Shown here: positions 26,998-42,340 of the stretch, in pieces | Layout: each line of letters begins with the position of its first letter | Numbering within the stretch: position 1 is the stretch's first letter | From: the human T2T-CHM13v2.0 reference genome, Homo sapiens | DNA: 64,000 nt | NCBI RefSeq assembly: GCF_009914755.1 | Contig: NC_060947.1 | Strand: one strand, 5' to 3' | The notes under the pieces: generated by a model | Told to the model about the DNA's origin: nothing | What the model saw: only the letters and a program-made list of their open reading frames with translations | The model's database searches: none | Translations under genes and position numbers: made by a program

Positions 26998-27567
26998 TAC
27001 AGAATTTCAGCTTACATATATAGGATACATATATATTCCATAATATATATGTATCTAAAATATATATACATATTTGTGTCTATTTTTATATGTATATGTA
27101 ATATATATATATATTTTTTCTCCTCCTTAGGCTCTGCACCGTTGGCCACTTTTACCCTAAAATGTCCCCTCCATCACCCCCAATCCCACCTGACTGATGT
27201 TATCTCCTTCTATAGACTAATCTGTAATTCTCTGTTCCAGAGAATTCCTGTAACTGTACTTGTTATGTGGTGTCCTTATAAGGCCAATCGTTGATGAACA
27301 ATAAAACTCCAAAGAGTAGTTACAGATGTTGATGGTTTTCTTTTCTTGATGGAGGAAGAAAAATATATTAATGCTAGGGTCATACTTTCCCCTCAGTGTG
27401 GCCACAAATTTTATATAATCTTCACACACATACAAAAAGATATTCCTCAAGTGATGATTACTTGGCTTATTTAGGAGTTTACAATGTAATCACACTGAAA
27501 AGAGTCCTTCCATCTTCAGGTCCCTTCTCATTCCTGCACATTGTCTCTGTATTTCAAAACTTCTTAC

Positions 27568-27571
27568 AACA

Positions 27572-27604
<33 letters not shown>
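27568..27604. repeat. (AC)n microsatellite, one interruption
   Basis: Read directly. Confidence 0.95.
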
Positions 27605-27877
27605 GAACTCACCATGGGTACTAGGGTCTTAAATGTGATTCAAAGTCTTGGGAGCTAAGTTAAATTTGTCCAAATTAATATCTAAACTTCTATTTCTCCC
27701 AGTTCTTTTTTTAGCCAACTTGAAATCAATCCTTGCTCCCTGGCCCCTCTTCTGCTACACTACTCCAGATTGATGCCCTGTGTAACTTCCTTTACTTTCC
27801 TATATCCTAAATTTTGGCTAATGTTCTGCTTATTAATTAATCATTTCTTCTGAGTGGTAGTCTTATGGTTTGTATAG

Positions 27878-28061
27878 ACTAAACATGGCAAATAGGTTAC
27901 ATTTCGTTGATTAACTCTGATCAATCACTAATAACTGCCTGTAGTGTTATGTTGAAAAGAATTCGGAGGCCATGGTCAAGCTCAGTGGGATAGAATGCAA
28001 TAATTGATTAGTGATGTGTGCCATGGACATAGCAGATATATGCCATATATTGTCATCTCTG
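27878..28061. mobile_element. MER112-like hAT element
   Basis: ATGGCAAATAGGTT...GCTCAGTGGGA...TTAGTGATGTGTGCCATGG...TTGTCATCTCTG with imperfect terminal inverted repeats. Confidence 0.65.
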
Positions 28062-28072
28062 AAATAGATTAG

Positions 28073-28453
<381 letters not shown>

Positions 28454-29104
28454 CAGTTTGATGCTCCTTTAACATCCCTCCCCCTGCTTAACAGGCATAG
28501 GCCCATGAGCTACCCATATTCCATAAATATTCTACCCAGGCTTCACGGTAGGCTTCTTGTAAACTGTTCTGCATTTGGATCCATCCCTACTGGGGCGAAA
28601 GGAGGGAAGAAGCAGTCTAATCTTTTAGGATTTATACAGCAAGTCCCAGTGCACCAGATCATTTCTCTTCCTAGACATGAATCACATTTTCTTTTAATCT
28701 AGCCCCCTACAAACACATTTTTGATGGACCTCCAGCAAATAGAAATTAATTAATTATAACTTTTATTTCATGGTACTTCATCATCATTACTCCATGTATG
28801 TATTTTTTCTATCTATCTAGCTAGCTATCTAATTATAACTGAACACAAATAAACCTACCACCCAAACAAGAACTAGAATATTAACAGTAATTTCCATCTA
28901 CCTGCATTCTTCTTTTGTATCCCATCCTCCATCTGCCTCGTCAAAGGTCATCACTCAGTGTTACCACTAGCCCAAACAGCAGAGATTTTATGCAAATTAG
29001 AAAAAGATGCCCAGTCACCTGGTAAATATTTTAGTTAGCATATTATTTATTTATCTATCAAAAATATAAACATCATACTCATTCGGTATAAATTATACAA
29101 ATTT

Positions 29105-29900
29105 ATCTCATTCTTGTTTATGGTTGCACAGTATTCCATGGTGTATTTTCTTTATCCAGTCTATCTTTGATGGGTATTTAAGTTGATTCCATATCTTTGC
29201 TATTGTGAATGGTGCTGCAATGAATACACACATGCATCTGTCTTTATAATAGAATGATTTGTATTCCTTTGGGTATATACCTTGTAACGGGATTGCTGGG
29301 TCAAATGGTACTTTTGTCTTTAGGTCTCTGAGGAATTGCCACGCTGTCTTCCACAAAGGCTGAACTAATCTACACTCCCACCAGCAGGATATAACTGTTT
29401 CTTTTTCTCTGCCACCTCGCCAGCATCTGTTGTTTTGTGACTTTTTAATAATAGCTATTCTGACAGCTGTTAGATGATATCTCATAAAACCCAAAACTAA
29501 AAACCCTGGAAAGACAACTTAGGCAATACCATTCAGGACACAGGCATGGGCAAAGATTTCATGATGAAGATGACAAAAGCAATTGCAACAAAAGCAAAAA
29601 TTGACTAATGGAATCTAATTAGACTAAAGAACTTCTGCACAGCAATAGAAACTATCAACAGAGTAAACAGACAGCCTATAGAATGGGAGAAAATTTTTGC
29701 AATCTGTGCATCTGACAAAGGTCTAATATCCAGCATCTATAAGGAACTTAAACAAATTTACAAGAAAAAAACAAACAACCCCGTTAAAAAGTGGGCAAAG
29801 GACATGAACAGATACTTTCAAAAGAAGACATACATGTGCCCAACAATCATATGAACAACAACAAAAAAGGCTCAACATCACTGATCATTAGATAAAAGCA
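29105..29900 (-). mobile_element. L1PA fragment with 5' inversion (29105-29486 minus; 29487-29900 plus)
   Basis: Minus ORF 29108-29494 (MRYHLT..CWWEC..) abuts a plus-strand ORF2 segment that ends at the immediately preceding consensus position. Confidence 0.85.
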
Positions 29901-31981
29901 GTTATTTTAGATGTTATTAGAATCAACAAAGTCTTTCAATTATCAAACTTGACTCTCAATTGTTGCTTTCAATGGAATAATATGTATCCATCATATTTGG
30001 AAGAAGGCACTTTGCTTCCAACAGAATGTCAAGCAATGTTTCTGCAGATATTGATTTTGTTAAAAACAAGTGTTTACCACAATGTGTGGACAATTGCTGA
30101 AATAAAGATTCAAATTACCTGTCTTTGGAGTCAACAATTTTATAATAAACATAAGAAAAACATCAAACATATAAGATGTTTAAGATATAAATGGTCTCCC
30201 CTTAGGTGCGATGCTTTTATGCAAGGAATAAACTTTGAAACTCTACTTCTCTTTGGTAGCTCTGAATTCTTTATCCTGAATTTCATGTTTAGCATTGCTT
30301 GGTGTAAGTTGAAGAAGAGGCAAAAATGCAACAAAGTCAGGTTACATGGGCATCTGGGCCACTATTCGTATAGTTGATTCATGCCTTCTAGACCTGCTTG
30401 AGCCAATTCTAAATTGATTACTTCATTGTACAGGGGATTAAATAGATAGCTGCTATGTCTACTTAAAGTTACGATGTGGTGGATCCAATAATAAACAGAT
30501 CACAATGAGAATCTAGCTTGCAAATTATCTTGGTATCTTGTGCCCAGTCTCAACTAGGGCCCAGTAGCATATCAGATGACGATTTTCAAACAGAGAACAT
30601 GTTTTTGCTATAAATGGCATGGCCTCCCTCTAGAGCCCTGAACTTTTGTACTGTTATACTTCTATTGGGGCCAAATTAAATGCTGTCCCTGTCTCTTGGT
30701 GGCAGTAGGTGCAACAATCTGTCTTTTACTTGGGAAAATATACCAGCAGGTTCCAGACCCTCCTTTAACTTCATCAATATGGCAGGGCGATGAATGTTTA
30801 TGGAGCTTATCTTCCACCTTTTGGCATACAAGTATCTTATTGTGGAATTTAGGGGCATTGCTACATCCAGCTCAGCAGACTCAGTTAATATGATGTGAGA
30901 AAAACAACTTCTCAGAAATGTTGAGATGTTTAGGGTTCCTATGGACTATATTACATCAAAGAGCATGACTTAACAGCACTGACACAAGTGAGTGTTTGCA
31001 AGCTGCCATATTAACAAAGTAATTGTGAATTGCTTTCAATCCTCACTATATCTAGCACAGCAACTGCAATCAGAACTTCCAGTTGGTTAAGTTTACAGTA
31101 ATCACTGTCATCTGTCATGAACCATCTGGTTTTACAGAGTTCAGATGAGAAAATTGAGAAAACAGAATATATCTTTTAAATCTTTGATGGTGACACTAAT
31201 TTTTGCGGTGACTCTAGAAATATAATTTTTTTGTGATTTGAATGTTTGCCAGAAGGTTGGAGTGGTTTCACTTGTTTTTTTTTTTTGTATTATAATGGTT
31301 TTCATCCACAGGTCATTGAAACAATAGGAGAAGTCTTTCATTCTTGGCGTCTAAGAATGCATCTCCAAATTATACACTCAGAGACCAGAGAAAAAGCCAC
31401 AATGTGGGTGTGTGGACCCATTTGACCCAATATAAGATGGGCTTCAGCCAAAACTCCATTTCTTACCTGAACCTTAAAGCCTCCATATTAATCAGATGAA
31501 CATGATGGTGTTTTAGGACCTCTGTGATCAATGCCACCTCAAACCGTATATATAACAGTATTAGAGTCTGAATAATTTCTTTTCCCCAGTCTAAAAGTAT
31601 CCTGGACAAAGGCTGAAAAAAGAAACACTAAAGAAATATTCACTTTTTATACTTGAGGTGAATCAGCATGATCTTGAATCAATGGGTCTGTGAATGACAT
31701 AGATCTGGAAACTGCGTGAGAAGTGCAATTTTCCATTTATGGCGTCTGACACCAACCTTCTAATCACCAGCTTTCTATTTCTTTATTATAACAAAATAGA
31801 GAAACAGCCTAGTTGAATCCCCATCTAGAAACACCATCGTCTATTTCAGTTGCTGTTTCTATGAATCATGGCATAGCAGTCAACAGTCAGTCCTTGCTAC
31901 CTGCCATGTTAATAAGGGTTGGTGGCTGAGAGTTACCTTGTGGCCTCTGTAATTCCGGAATCTCTTCGCCCATGTTGGTAT

Positions 31982-33128
31982 TGATGGCAGTAGCTGCGGT
32001 CATCATTCCGGCTGCAGCAGGGAGGTGCGGCTAATGCTGCACACTCCGTGGAGCCGGTGGGAGCCCCGCCCCTTGTGAGTTGGGACGGGAACTCCCCGTT
32101 TGTTGCTGCAGCTGCCCAAACCGCAGCTGCAGACCCAGGCCTCCTGCTCCACGGAGCACAAAGGAACCCCATCCTGCTGGGCCGGGCTACAGCCACCTAA
32201 ATTGCGGCTGTGGATCCGAGCCTCCCTGTGCTATTTGGAGAGGGCTGGGAGCAGGCGGGATCTGCCATCCCAGGCGAGGCTGTGACTCCCAACCAGGTGC
32301 AGGAGCTGGGTGTCTCTGCAGCCTGTAACCTCGGGTGCCCCAGGAAGGACCTCCCCACCCCGTCCCTGCAGGCTAGGGGATGTCTTCTCATGCTGCCTGG
32401 CCTCTCTCCACTCCCTGCGCCTGCTCCGATCTCCGAGCGAGGGTTGGGGCGGAGCCCGGGGGGGACATGAATGGCAGCGGGATGCAGCTCGTGGTGCCTC
32501 TTCCAGCCTGCCATGGCCGCCCATGGACCATTGGGCATGCATTTCCTCCCCTGTGAGGCCCATAAAAGCCCTGGTATCAGCCAGAGTAGGAGAGAGGACG
32601 GCCAGAGGACGAAGAGGGCAGAGATGCAATGGGACAGGACGACCAGCTACAGAGGGGGAAGTACCCTTCCGCTGAATGCTGCAGAGATGACCTGCTGGCA
32701 GACAGAAGCTACGCTCTCTGCTGAGAGCTTCAGAGACGGGCAGAGAGGTCCGAATGGCTTGTCTGCAGAGAGGAGTTACTCTCTCCAGGGCCTCCTCTTT
32801 GCTGATAGCTGAACAGTCAAAGGGATGACTTGCTTACAGAGAGGAGCTACTCACTCCTCTGAGCTGTTTTTTTTGTTGTCGTTGTTGTTTGTTTGTTTGT
32901 TTGTTTGTTTTTTGAGACGGAGTCTTACTCTGTTGCTCAGGCTGGAGTGCAGTGGCACCGTGTCGGCTCACTGCAACTGTTCTAACACTAAATAAAACTC
33001 TTCTACTTCTTCACCCTTCATTTGTCTGAGAACCTCATTCTTCCTGGATGCAAGGCAAGAACTAGGGCAAAGGTGCGGCCACAGAGGTTTCCAGCCAGAA
33101 AAATCGACATCCCAGAAATCCCGTAACA
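31982..33128 (+). mobile_element. MER52(A-like) ERV1 solo LTR
   Basis: TGATGGCAG...CCGTAACA termini and 4-bp TSD GTAT (31978-81, 33129-32). GC-rich U3, TATA-like CATAAAAG at 32561, AATAAA at 32991. Confidence 0.9.
32866..32977 (-). mobile_element. Severely 5'-truncated Alu (right-arm end plus (TTTG)n tail) inside MER52
   Basis: GAGACGGAGTCTTACTCTGTTGCTCAGGCTGGAGTGCAGTGG..GCTCACTGCAA; CTGTT is duplicated on both sides. Confidence 0.85.
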
Positions 33129-33554
33129 GTATTAGAGAGCCAATTTCCATGGCAGAATCTCACAGTGTCAACCATAGCCTACAGATAACAGCCATCAGTG
33201 AGCTCAAAGATACTATTGTTTCCATCACTAGTGCATGCCTTGTAAAAGGAGTCACTTCTGGTTCTTCTGTGGTGCAGACTCAATTGGTGGGTTTTCAAGT
33301 CTTACATTATAAATCTATTTTAACCCTCTGAGGTTACTTTCTTAGTAGATACTATGCCAAGAAAGTTCAGATGGCTCGACCTTGGTTACTATAACGCATC
33401 AACATGATTGGGATTCAAGGAGCCCCTCAAATAAATATTAAGATCATCTCTAGGTAGCCTTGCCAGATCATTAAATTCAAATTCACACATAAAGTATACT
33501 AAAGGAATGTGGCAACTGCATGCCACTTGTGAGCTGCAATTTCATGTCCTTATA

Positions 33555-33935
33555 AAGTACATTATTAGGACAATTGGTGGACTTTGAATAAGTTTGATAG
33601 ATGAGTAAAAATATTGCGTTAATGCCAATTTCTTCAATTTGATAACTGTATTGTCATTGTAAGAGAATGTCCTTGATTTTAGGAAACATACATTGAATTA
33701 TTTAGGATTAAAGGGCATGACATCTCCAACTTATTCTCAAATAGTTAATATGTATTATGTGCTGAGGAAGATAATAGGGTGAGGAAGAGGAAGAGAGAGG
33801 GAGGAAGGGAGTTGGGGGAAGGAGATTGACAAAGCAAATATAGAAGCATTAACATTTGGGGAATCTGAAGACTCTTTGTACCATTTTTGAAACTTTTCCT
33901 AAGTTTTTACTTAATTCAAAACAAAAGTTTAAAAA
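33555..33935 (+). mobile_element. L1MC4/5-like 3' end
   Basis: ACATTATTAGGACAATTGGTG..AAGAGAATGTCCTTG..TTCAAAACAAAAGTTTAAAAA. Confidence 0.72.
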
Positions 33936-35279
33936 TGTTCTGATGCATAGGTGAATTTTCCCATAACAATAAATTCTTTTTTCAGACTTATATTCTGTCA
34001 TTTCCTTAGGTCTTGTAATTCCTTTGATATTTAGGCTATTTCTCTCTGGATCAGGGCTGGCACTCAGTTGAATCACATAAAATTATCTTGGCTTGAAGGA
34101 TACGCTTTTAAGGCACTCCAAATTCCAATCTACATATCAGTGACATCAACATTCTCAAACCAATGCCCCAGGAAAGGATGTGAAATAAATATAGTATTTG
34201 AAGAGCAAAGAAATTTCTCTGCACTTGTCCACAAGCAGGCTCTCTTTTAGGGCAATTACAAGTTTCACCCCTGTGTTTTCTGCACCAGCCAGCACACTTT
34301 TGACATTAGGCATTAGTCTATATCTGGAGGAACTACATCATTTATAGGAGGACCTTGAATTGGAGCAAGGATCATTCCAAGTGCTTCTCACCAAGGTAAA
34401 CCACTGAGTGAGAGACCCAATCTGCTTCTTCTGTCACATCCACTTCACTTGATCCTCTGGAAAACTCAAGTACCAACCCCAGGCCAATTCCAAGTTAAGA
34501 AGGTTGCAAAACCTATTACTTCCACTTCCAGCTTCTCATTTCTTTACATTCAGCCCCCAACTTCTTATATTTACCCTTTCTTTAGCTCACTCATGTCCCA
34601 TTCATTTACATTCCATCTGAATAATCAGAGACAATGAACTGAAGTGTTTATGGTACAATATCTTTGTTTCTCACCACTTTCTAGGCCAACTATACAAAGA
34701 ACTATAATATAAATGGGGTGTGGGATTTCATGTGTATTCCTCCTATGCATGCTCTGAAGCACAATGCAACCTTCATTCAAGATATTCCATGTAGGGAAAA
34801 TAATCTGAACTAATTTTTAGTGCTCTTTGCCTTTTCTAAAAGGTTATATCTAAGTTCGGAGGAGTGTACAAGGTACAAGGGCATAAAGGTCAGGGGTACA
34901 ATGGGAATCTTGTCTTCAGTATTATCTGTCTCTGTATTATCTGGCATCACTGACATGTTAACTATTGCATCTGGTCCTTTGCCATTTGTCATTCAAGTTT
35001 TGCTGAATTGGCTGCCTGCCTGTCTGAAAAACCCTCTAGGTCTGGCAACTGTCACTGTTGCTTCTTTTTTCCTCTCCAGTGCCTGATAATTATTTTGTTG
35101 CTCCCATGATCAATAGAAAACTATGGTGTTATCTGAAACTCACAACTTTTTAGACACATAATGCTTACTCAAGTCCTGTTTTATTCCTACATTCTGGGAA
35201 ATCATTCTACACTCCCTTGCTCTGCCTCAGGGTCATTCTTACTTAATTTTGTCCTATTTTAGTCTCTTACTAAGGTAGC

Positions 35280-35397
35280 AGATAGTAATCATAACTACCT
35301 CATAGGCTTGCTATACAAATTAAATGGGGTGATGTATGTAAAATATTTAGCATAGTGCCTATCATAGTCATTAGTCAATAAATAGTAATTGTTATTT
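35280..35397 (+). mobile_element. MIR 3' part
   Basis: CTACCTCATAGG..ATTAAATG..GTAAAATATTTAGCATAGTGCCT..CAATAAAT. Confidence 0.7.
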
Positions 35398-36489
35398 TAT
35401 TGCACTAATTTATTTGACCACTCACCCACCTAATCAAGTAAGGAGATGTAGCTATCTTTTGGACTCCGCAGTAATTGAGGCATTTCAGTATCTCCAGATG
35501 CTCTTCAACAAACTCTTCAATCACCCTGGATCACCCTAATCTAATTTGCCTTTACTAAATAGGGACGGATTCTTCTAACACAACACAGTGAGCCATCTTT
35601 CGGTGTATGAGAATCCCTGAGCAAAATATCTGGCCCAAATGCATGTTTATCATGGAAACTATGGTTGTTGTAGATGAAGGCAGAAATTAATCACACCACT
35701 TAAGGTAGTATTAAAAGTCTGGAGGAACCATCTTACCTCATGACTATAATTATGGAATTTGATTTTTGAGTCTCTGTTCTCTCAAAAAGGATTTTGAGTT
35801 GGCTCATCTTTTGGCTTTTAGAATCCCATTCTAACTCAGAAGGAAAATTTCCTGCTTTAACTCTTGTTCCAGAAACACATCTGTAGCCAGAAAACCAGAT
35901 GACACATTGCTGGAGAGAAGACTAGCACTGAACATCCAGTCAATCCTTACTGTTAACCAAGCTAGAGGGTGTTTTAGATATCCTATTGAAGACAGGACAG
36001 CAGAAAAGTTTTTCTACCAGTTATCCTCTTTATATTTGTCTGATATTTTGGGCACTAAGCAGGACATACTGACTATGTAGAACATAGGCAGTGCTTCTGG
36101 AAGAAAGCCTAGGTAAATCTTAGGGCTCAGCTTCTTTAAGACACCATAAAGTTATGGATTGAAATATTGTATTTATCCAGGGCTGCAAATGATAGTTTAG
36201 CCTAAGGGAGAGTTCTAGTCATGATTAAGAGAGAAGCTATAGATGACACTGATATATCTCTTGAATATTCATTCTCAAGTATTCCAGCAATATCACTTCA
36301 TCTTTTGCTTGATGACCCACTTTTGCCCTATTCTCAACTCATTTGGTTTGGTTGGAATTGGCCTCCACCCTCAGCTCTAGGAATAGACCTTATTTGGTCC
36401 AAGCAAGTCAGCACTCCCTGGCTATAGTGATGATCTTATGGATTGGCATGTGACTAGATCTGAACCAATGAAAAGCCATGAGAACTTTG

Positions 36490-38892
<2,403 letters not shown>

Positions 38893-39713
38893 ATGGGGCT
38901 GCTAAAAGTCTTGATGACCTTAGTCTGTATATTGAAAGAGTCACAGTGCTGCTTTTATGCCATAAGCCCATGGGTATAGGTGTTCCCTGTTGGGAGTAAA
39001 GCTGTATAGAATCATCTTTATCATTATTTAGTACTTTCCAGATGAGATTATCTCTTTCACACGTTTGTTTACCAGACATATAAGATTTGATTGAATCAAA
39101 GCTCTGGCGTGAAGGTAGCTGGAGTCAGAGCCATCTTGGGACAACAAGAGCCACTATCACGAGGTCAGATTTCTTTTTGGGATTGGATTCAAAACCACAG
39201 ATCAAGGTTGGGAATCTGAACAGATGTAAAGACATTAAGGAACTTGACTTGCTATTTTAAGGGCCCATATATTCTTTCATTCTTTTTAGTAAGTTTTTTA
39301 CTGGGACTGTCAACACAGAGAATTATGGAATGAATTGTTGAAGCTTTTGTAAATTGGAGGGAGGAAGTATGATTCACTCCTCCATTCTGGTTTCCGTCTC
39401 ATGCAAAAAATAGATATGGTGAACTAATAGCTAAATGAGGATCAGAGTATCAGCTTAATTAGTGAACAAGACAAGGGCTCAGTGATCCCAAAACATATGT
39501 TTCTCTTGCTAAAGCTGGATTAGAGAAATGTGGCTGTATATTGAGTCTAAAATAGCATCTTCCTATTTCCTTACTAAAATGAGATTTTAGGGCATGCCTG
39601 TGCAGAAAGTTGTGTCTATTGAGTATACACTGGCTTACAAAGCCATCTCCAAGGGTCACAGGTCTTCCTTACACACACAGTCACCAGCAAGAGCAAGAAT
39701 AAAAGGAACAAAA

Positions 39714-39780
39714 GTGTATATGTGTGTACGTGTGTGTGTGTGTGTGTGTGTGTTTGTGTGTGTGAGAGAGAGAGAGAGAC
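39714..39780. repeat. Compound (TG)n(GA)n microsatellite
   Basis: Read directly. Confidence 0.95.
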
Positions 39781-41260
39781 TGACCAAGTCTCTATATGGA
39801 GGGCATGCTACAGGCCCCGCCCCAAGTATGCTTACTACACATAAGTGCTTACACATAGGAGCAGACAACTGCTCACACATTTACCAGTATATGAGTAAGG
39901 CAGTGAAAAGGAGAAAGAAAAATGCTAATTTTATTTGGAATCACTGTTACTCCACCCATTTGCTGAGTATGGCTTATGGATGTCAGGCAACCTCCAATCA
40001 TGTTAATTACTCTTCTTTCATTGGGCAAAAGCAAGTAACGGATGGAGAGAGGGGCAGAATTTCTGTCCTCAACACTATCTTTGAAAGGTAGAAGAGTTGA
40101 TAGATGCTCTGTCTTCCATGGCCTGGGGAATGGTGAGGAAGTGTTCTGTTTATAATACTGTATAATGAATCTCAGAGAGTGATGAACATTTCTGATTTAC
40201 ATGAGAGTTTCCCACTGTAGACCCTCTGGGTCACTTTGTCCAGAATCATAAGACATCTTTGGCTGGAGATAACATAGGTAAGAAATTTCACTGGAGTTTA
40301 TTCAATCATTATTTTATCTTTTTTAGTACGGGTTTTTTTGTTAACCCACAGAAGCAATATTATAAAGGCCTTAAATATTTAAAGTTTCAAAGATCCTTGC
40401 TCCATAAAGTTTATCCATGAAGATTAATAGGAATAAGTATAATTTTAAGACAGATATTGTGTAGAGACTATGATATTTTCATCAGAGGTGAAATGTCCAT
40501 TTTTGTTTAGCGGGAAAGAGAAGCACTCCATGAGCTGGGTTCAATAAACTAGCAAAAGGTTTTGAGCCCTGAAGGCACACTAAACTTGACAGGAAAACAG
40601 ACATCGGGCATCATATCAATTTGCTCTATTCATCATACAGGAGAATTTTCTTTCCATCATGTCCAAACCACTTCCAAATCCAACACAACATTTTTTTTTT
40701 TTTTTGGAATTCTAGACTCAGGGGCCATGTGAGGCAACACTAGGTGGTAAATGCTAAAATGTAAATGTAAACGTAGATGCAACTTTAAGGTAGGCCAGGT
40801 ACCCAAGGCGTTCATTCTTGTGAAAGAATGATATTCACCTTCCAAGTCTTTCATGATCATGTAGACACCAATTGTCATTAGAAATTATCAGGTCCCCATC
40901 TCTCATAGGAGTGCTATGGTGAAATTTGTCAAGAACAAAAACAGAATGGAATATGCAAAAACTACCATTCGCTGAACACAGGCAGTTTTTAAGGTTACTG
41001 TCCATCTATACTACCTCATCACTGAACTTCCGGGCTATTACTAGGGATCTTGGGTCTTTTGACACCTCTTGAATACATTTGATCATGGTTAAATCAGGAA
41101 AGGTGACAGATAGAAGATGGCTTTCTGGAGAAGTTTCTCCGTATAAAAATACTACTGGGGAAGCAGGACTACAGGGATGATGTAATAAGGGGTCCAGCAT
41201 ACCCTCGCCCCAGCCAAACAACAGTTTATCTGATGAAAATTACTTTAAAAGCAATCATTC

Positions 41261-41579
41261 GACAGGGCATGGTGGCTCACGCCTGTAATCCCAGCACTTT
41301 GGGAGGTCGAGGCGGGCGGATCACGAGGTCAGGAGATCGAGACCATCCTGGCTAACATGGTGAAACCCCTTCTGTACTAAAAATACAAAAAATTAGCCGG
41401 GCATGCTGGCAGGTGCCTGTAGTCCCAGCTACTCGGAGGCTGAGGCAGGAAAATGGCGTGAACCCAGGAGGCGGAGCTTGCAGTGAGCGGAGATCGCGCC
41501 ACTGCATTCCAGCCTGGGCGACAGAGCAAGACTCCGTCTCAAAAAATAAAATAAAATAAAATAAAATAAATTTTTTTAA
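41261..41579 (+). mobile_element. AluY with (TAAAA)n tail
   Basis: GATCACGAGGTCAGGAGATCGAGACCATCCTGGCTAAC; TSD AAAAGCAATCATTC (41247-41260, 41580-41593). Confidence 0.93.
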
Positions 41580-41599
41580 AAAAGCAATCATTCAAAGTC

Positions 41600-42340
41600 T
41601 CCGAAAATTTTTCTAAGGACATGTAGAAAAGGGAAAGAAATGTCATTCAAAAGAATTCAAAAGAATCTACTAAACAACAGTAGGAACAGTGAGAGTCTAT
41701 GGCATTTGAGCCACAACTCACTCCAGTACCTTTTCCCCTTTCTCCCAGCTCCGTGTTATGGAAGGTCTACCCTGGACATGTGTAATCAAGAAGACAGGGC
41801 TCTTTCTCTTCCAGTTTCCAGTCTCACCCAGGATACAGTTTCACCCAGGAGGAGCAGGCTGCTGGTGTTTCTCATTCCCCTCAGCACTGTGTTGAAAAAG
41901 CTATATTCCAGAAAGGTGTAACAGAAAGGACTGCATCTCTCTTCTCCCACCCAGCTCCACTCATATGATATAAACACTACTCCAGGTGTAGGAGACTGAT
42001 AATACTGGCCCCAATCACCTCTTCCCTAGCTTGCTCATAGCACCAGTTTTTTCTGCAGGGAAGGATAAGCCGAGAAGACCAGCAGCTGCCACCGCCCTCC
42101 AGTGTCCACCATACACAGAAGGAGTGTCACTCTGTGACAATACATTGTACATTGAAATTATACAATGTATATTCTCCAACCAAAATAGAATGAAATTAGA
42201 AATAAATAAGACAACTAGGTTTGGAAAATTCACGAGTATGTGGAGATTCAACAGCACACTACTAAACAACCAATGGGTCAAAGAAGAAATCATAGGAATT
42301 TAGAAAATGCTTTCAGATGAATGAAAATGAAGACACAGCA
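41600..42340 (+). mobile_element. Old L1M element (outer host): probable 5' region plus ORF2 EN-end segment
   Basis: 42150-42340 encodes IEIIQCIFSNQNRMKLEIN..WRFNSTLLNNQWVKEEI (L1 ORF2). The 5' part is tentative. Confidence 0.7.

Larger units (their letters stand above)
30520..35090 (-). mobile_element. Second decayed ERVL internal region (gag-pro-pol), interrupted by MER52 and an L1MC fragment
   Basis: Minus-strand peptides QKNYISRVTAKISVTIKDLKD (ORF 31141-31341), KPDGS..MTV..KLNQ and AMPFIAKTCSLFENRHLICYWALVET resemble ERVL pol. Confidence 0.72.

Noticed and set aside
29949-30377. 142-aa ORF in unique DNA
   Set aside because: Non-ATG start, no recognisable domain and no convincing splice structure.
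31933-32812. Cluster of overlapping ORFs on both strands
   Set aside because: Stop-codon scarcity in the GC-rich MER52 LTR.
39594-40091. 165-aa ORF
   Set aside because: It stays open by running through the (TG)n(GA)n microsatellite (VCVCV..RERER) and has no homology I recognise.
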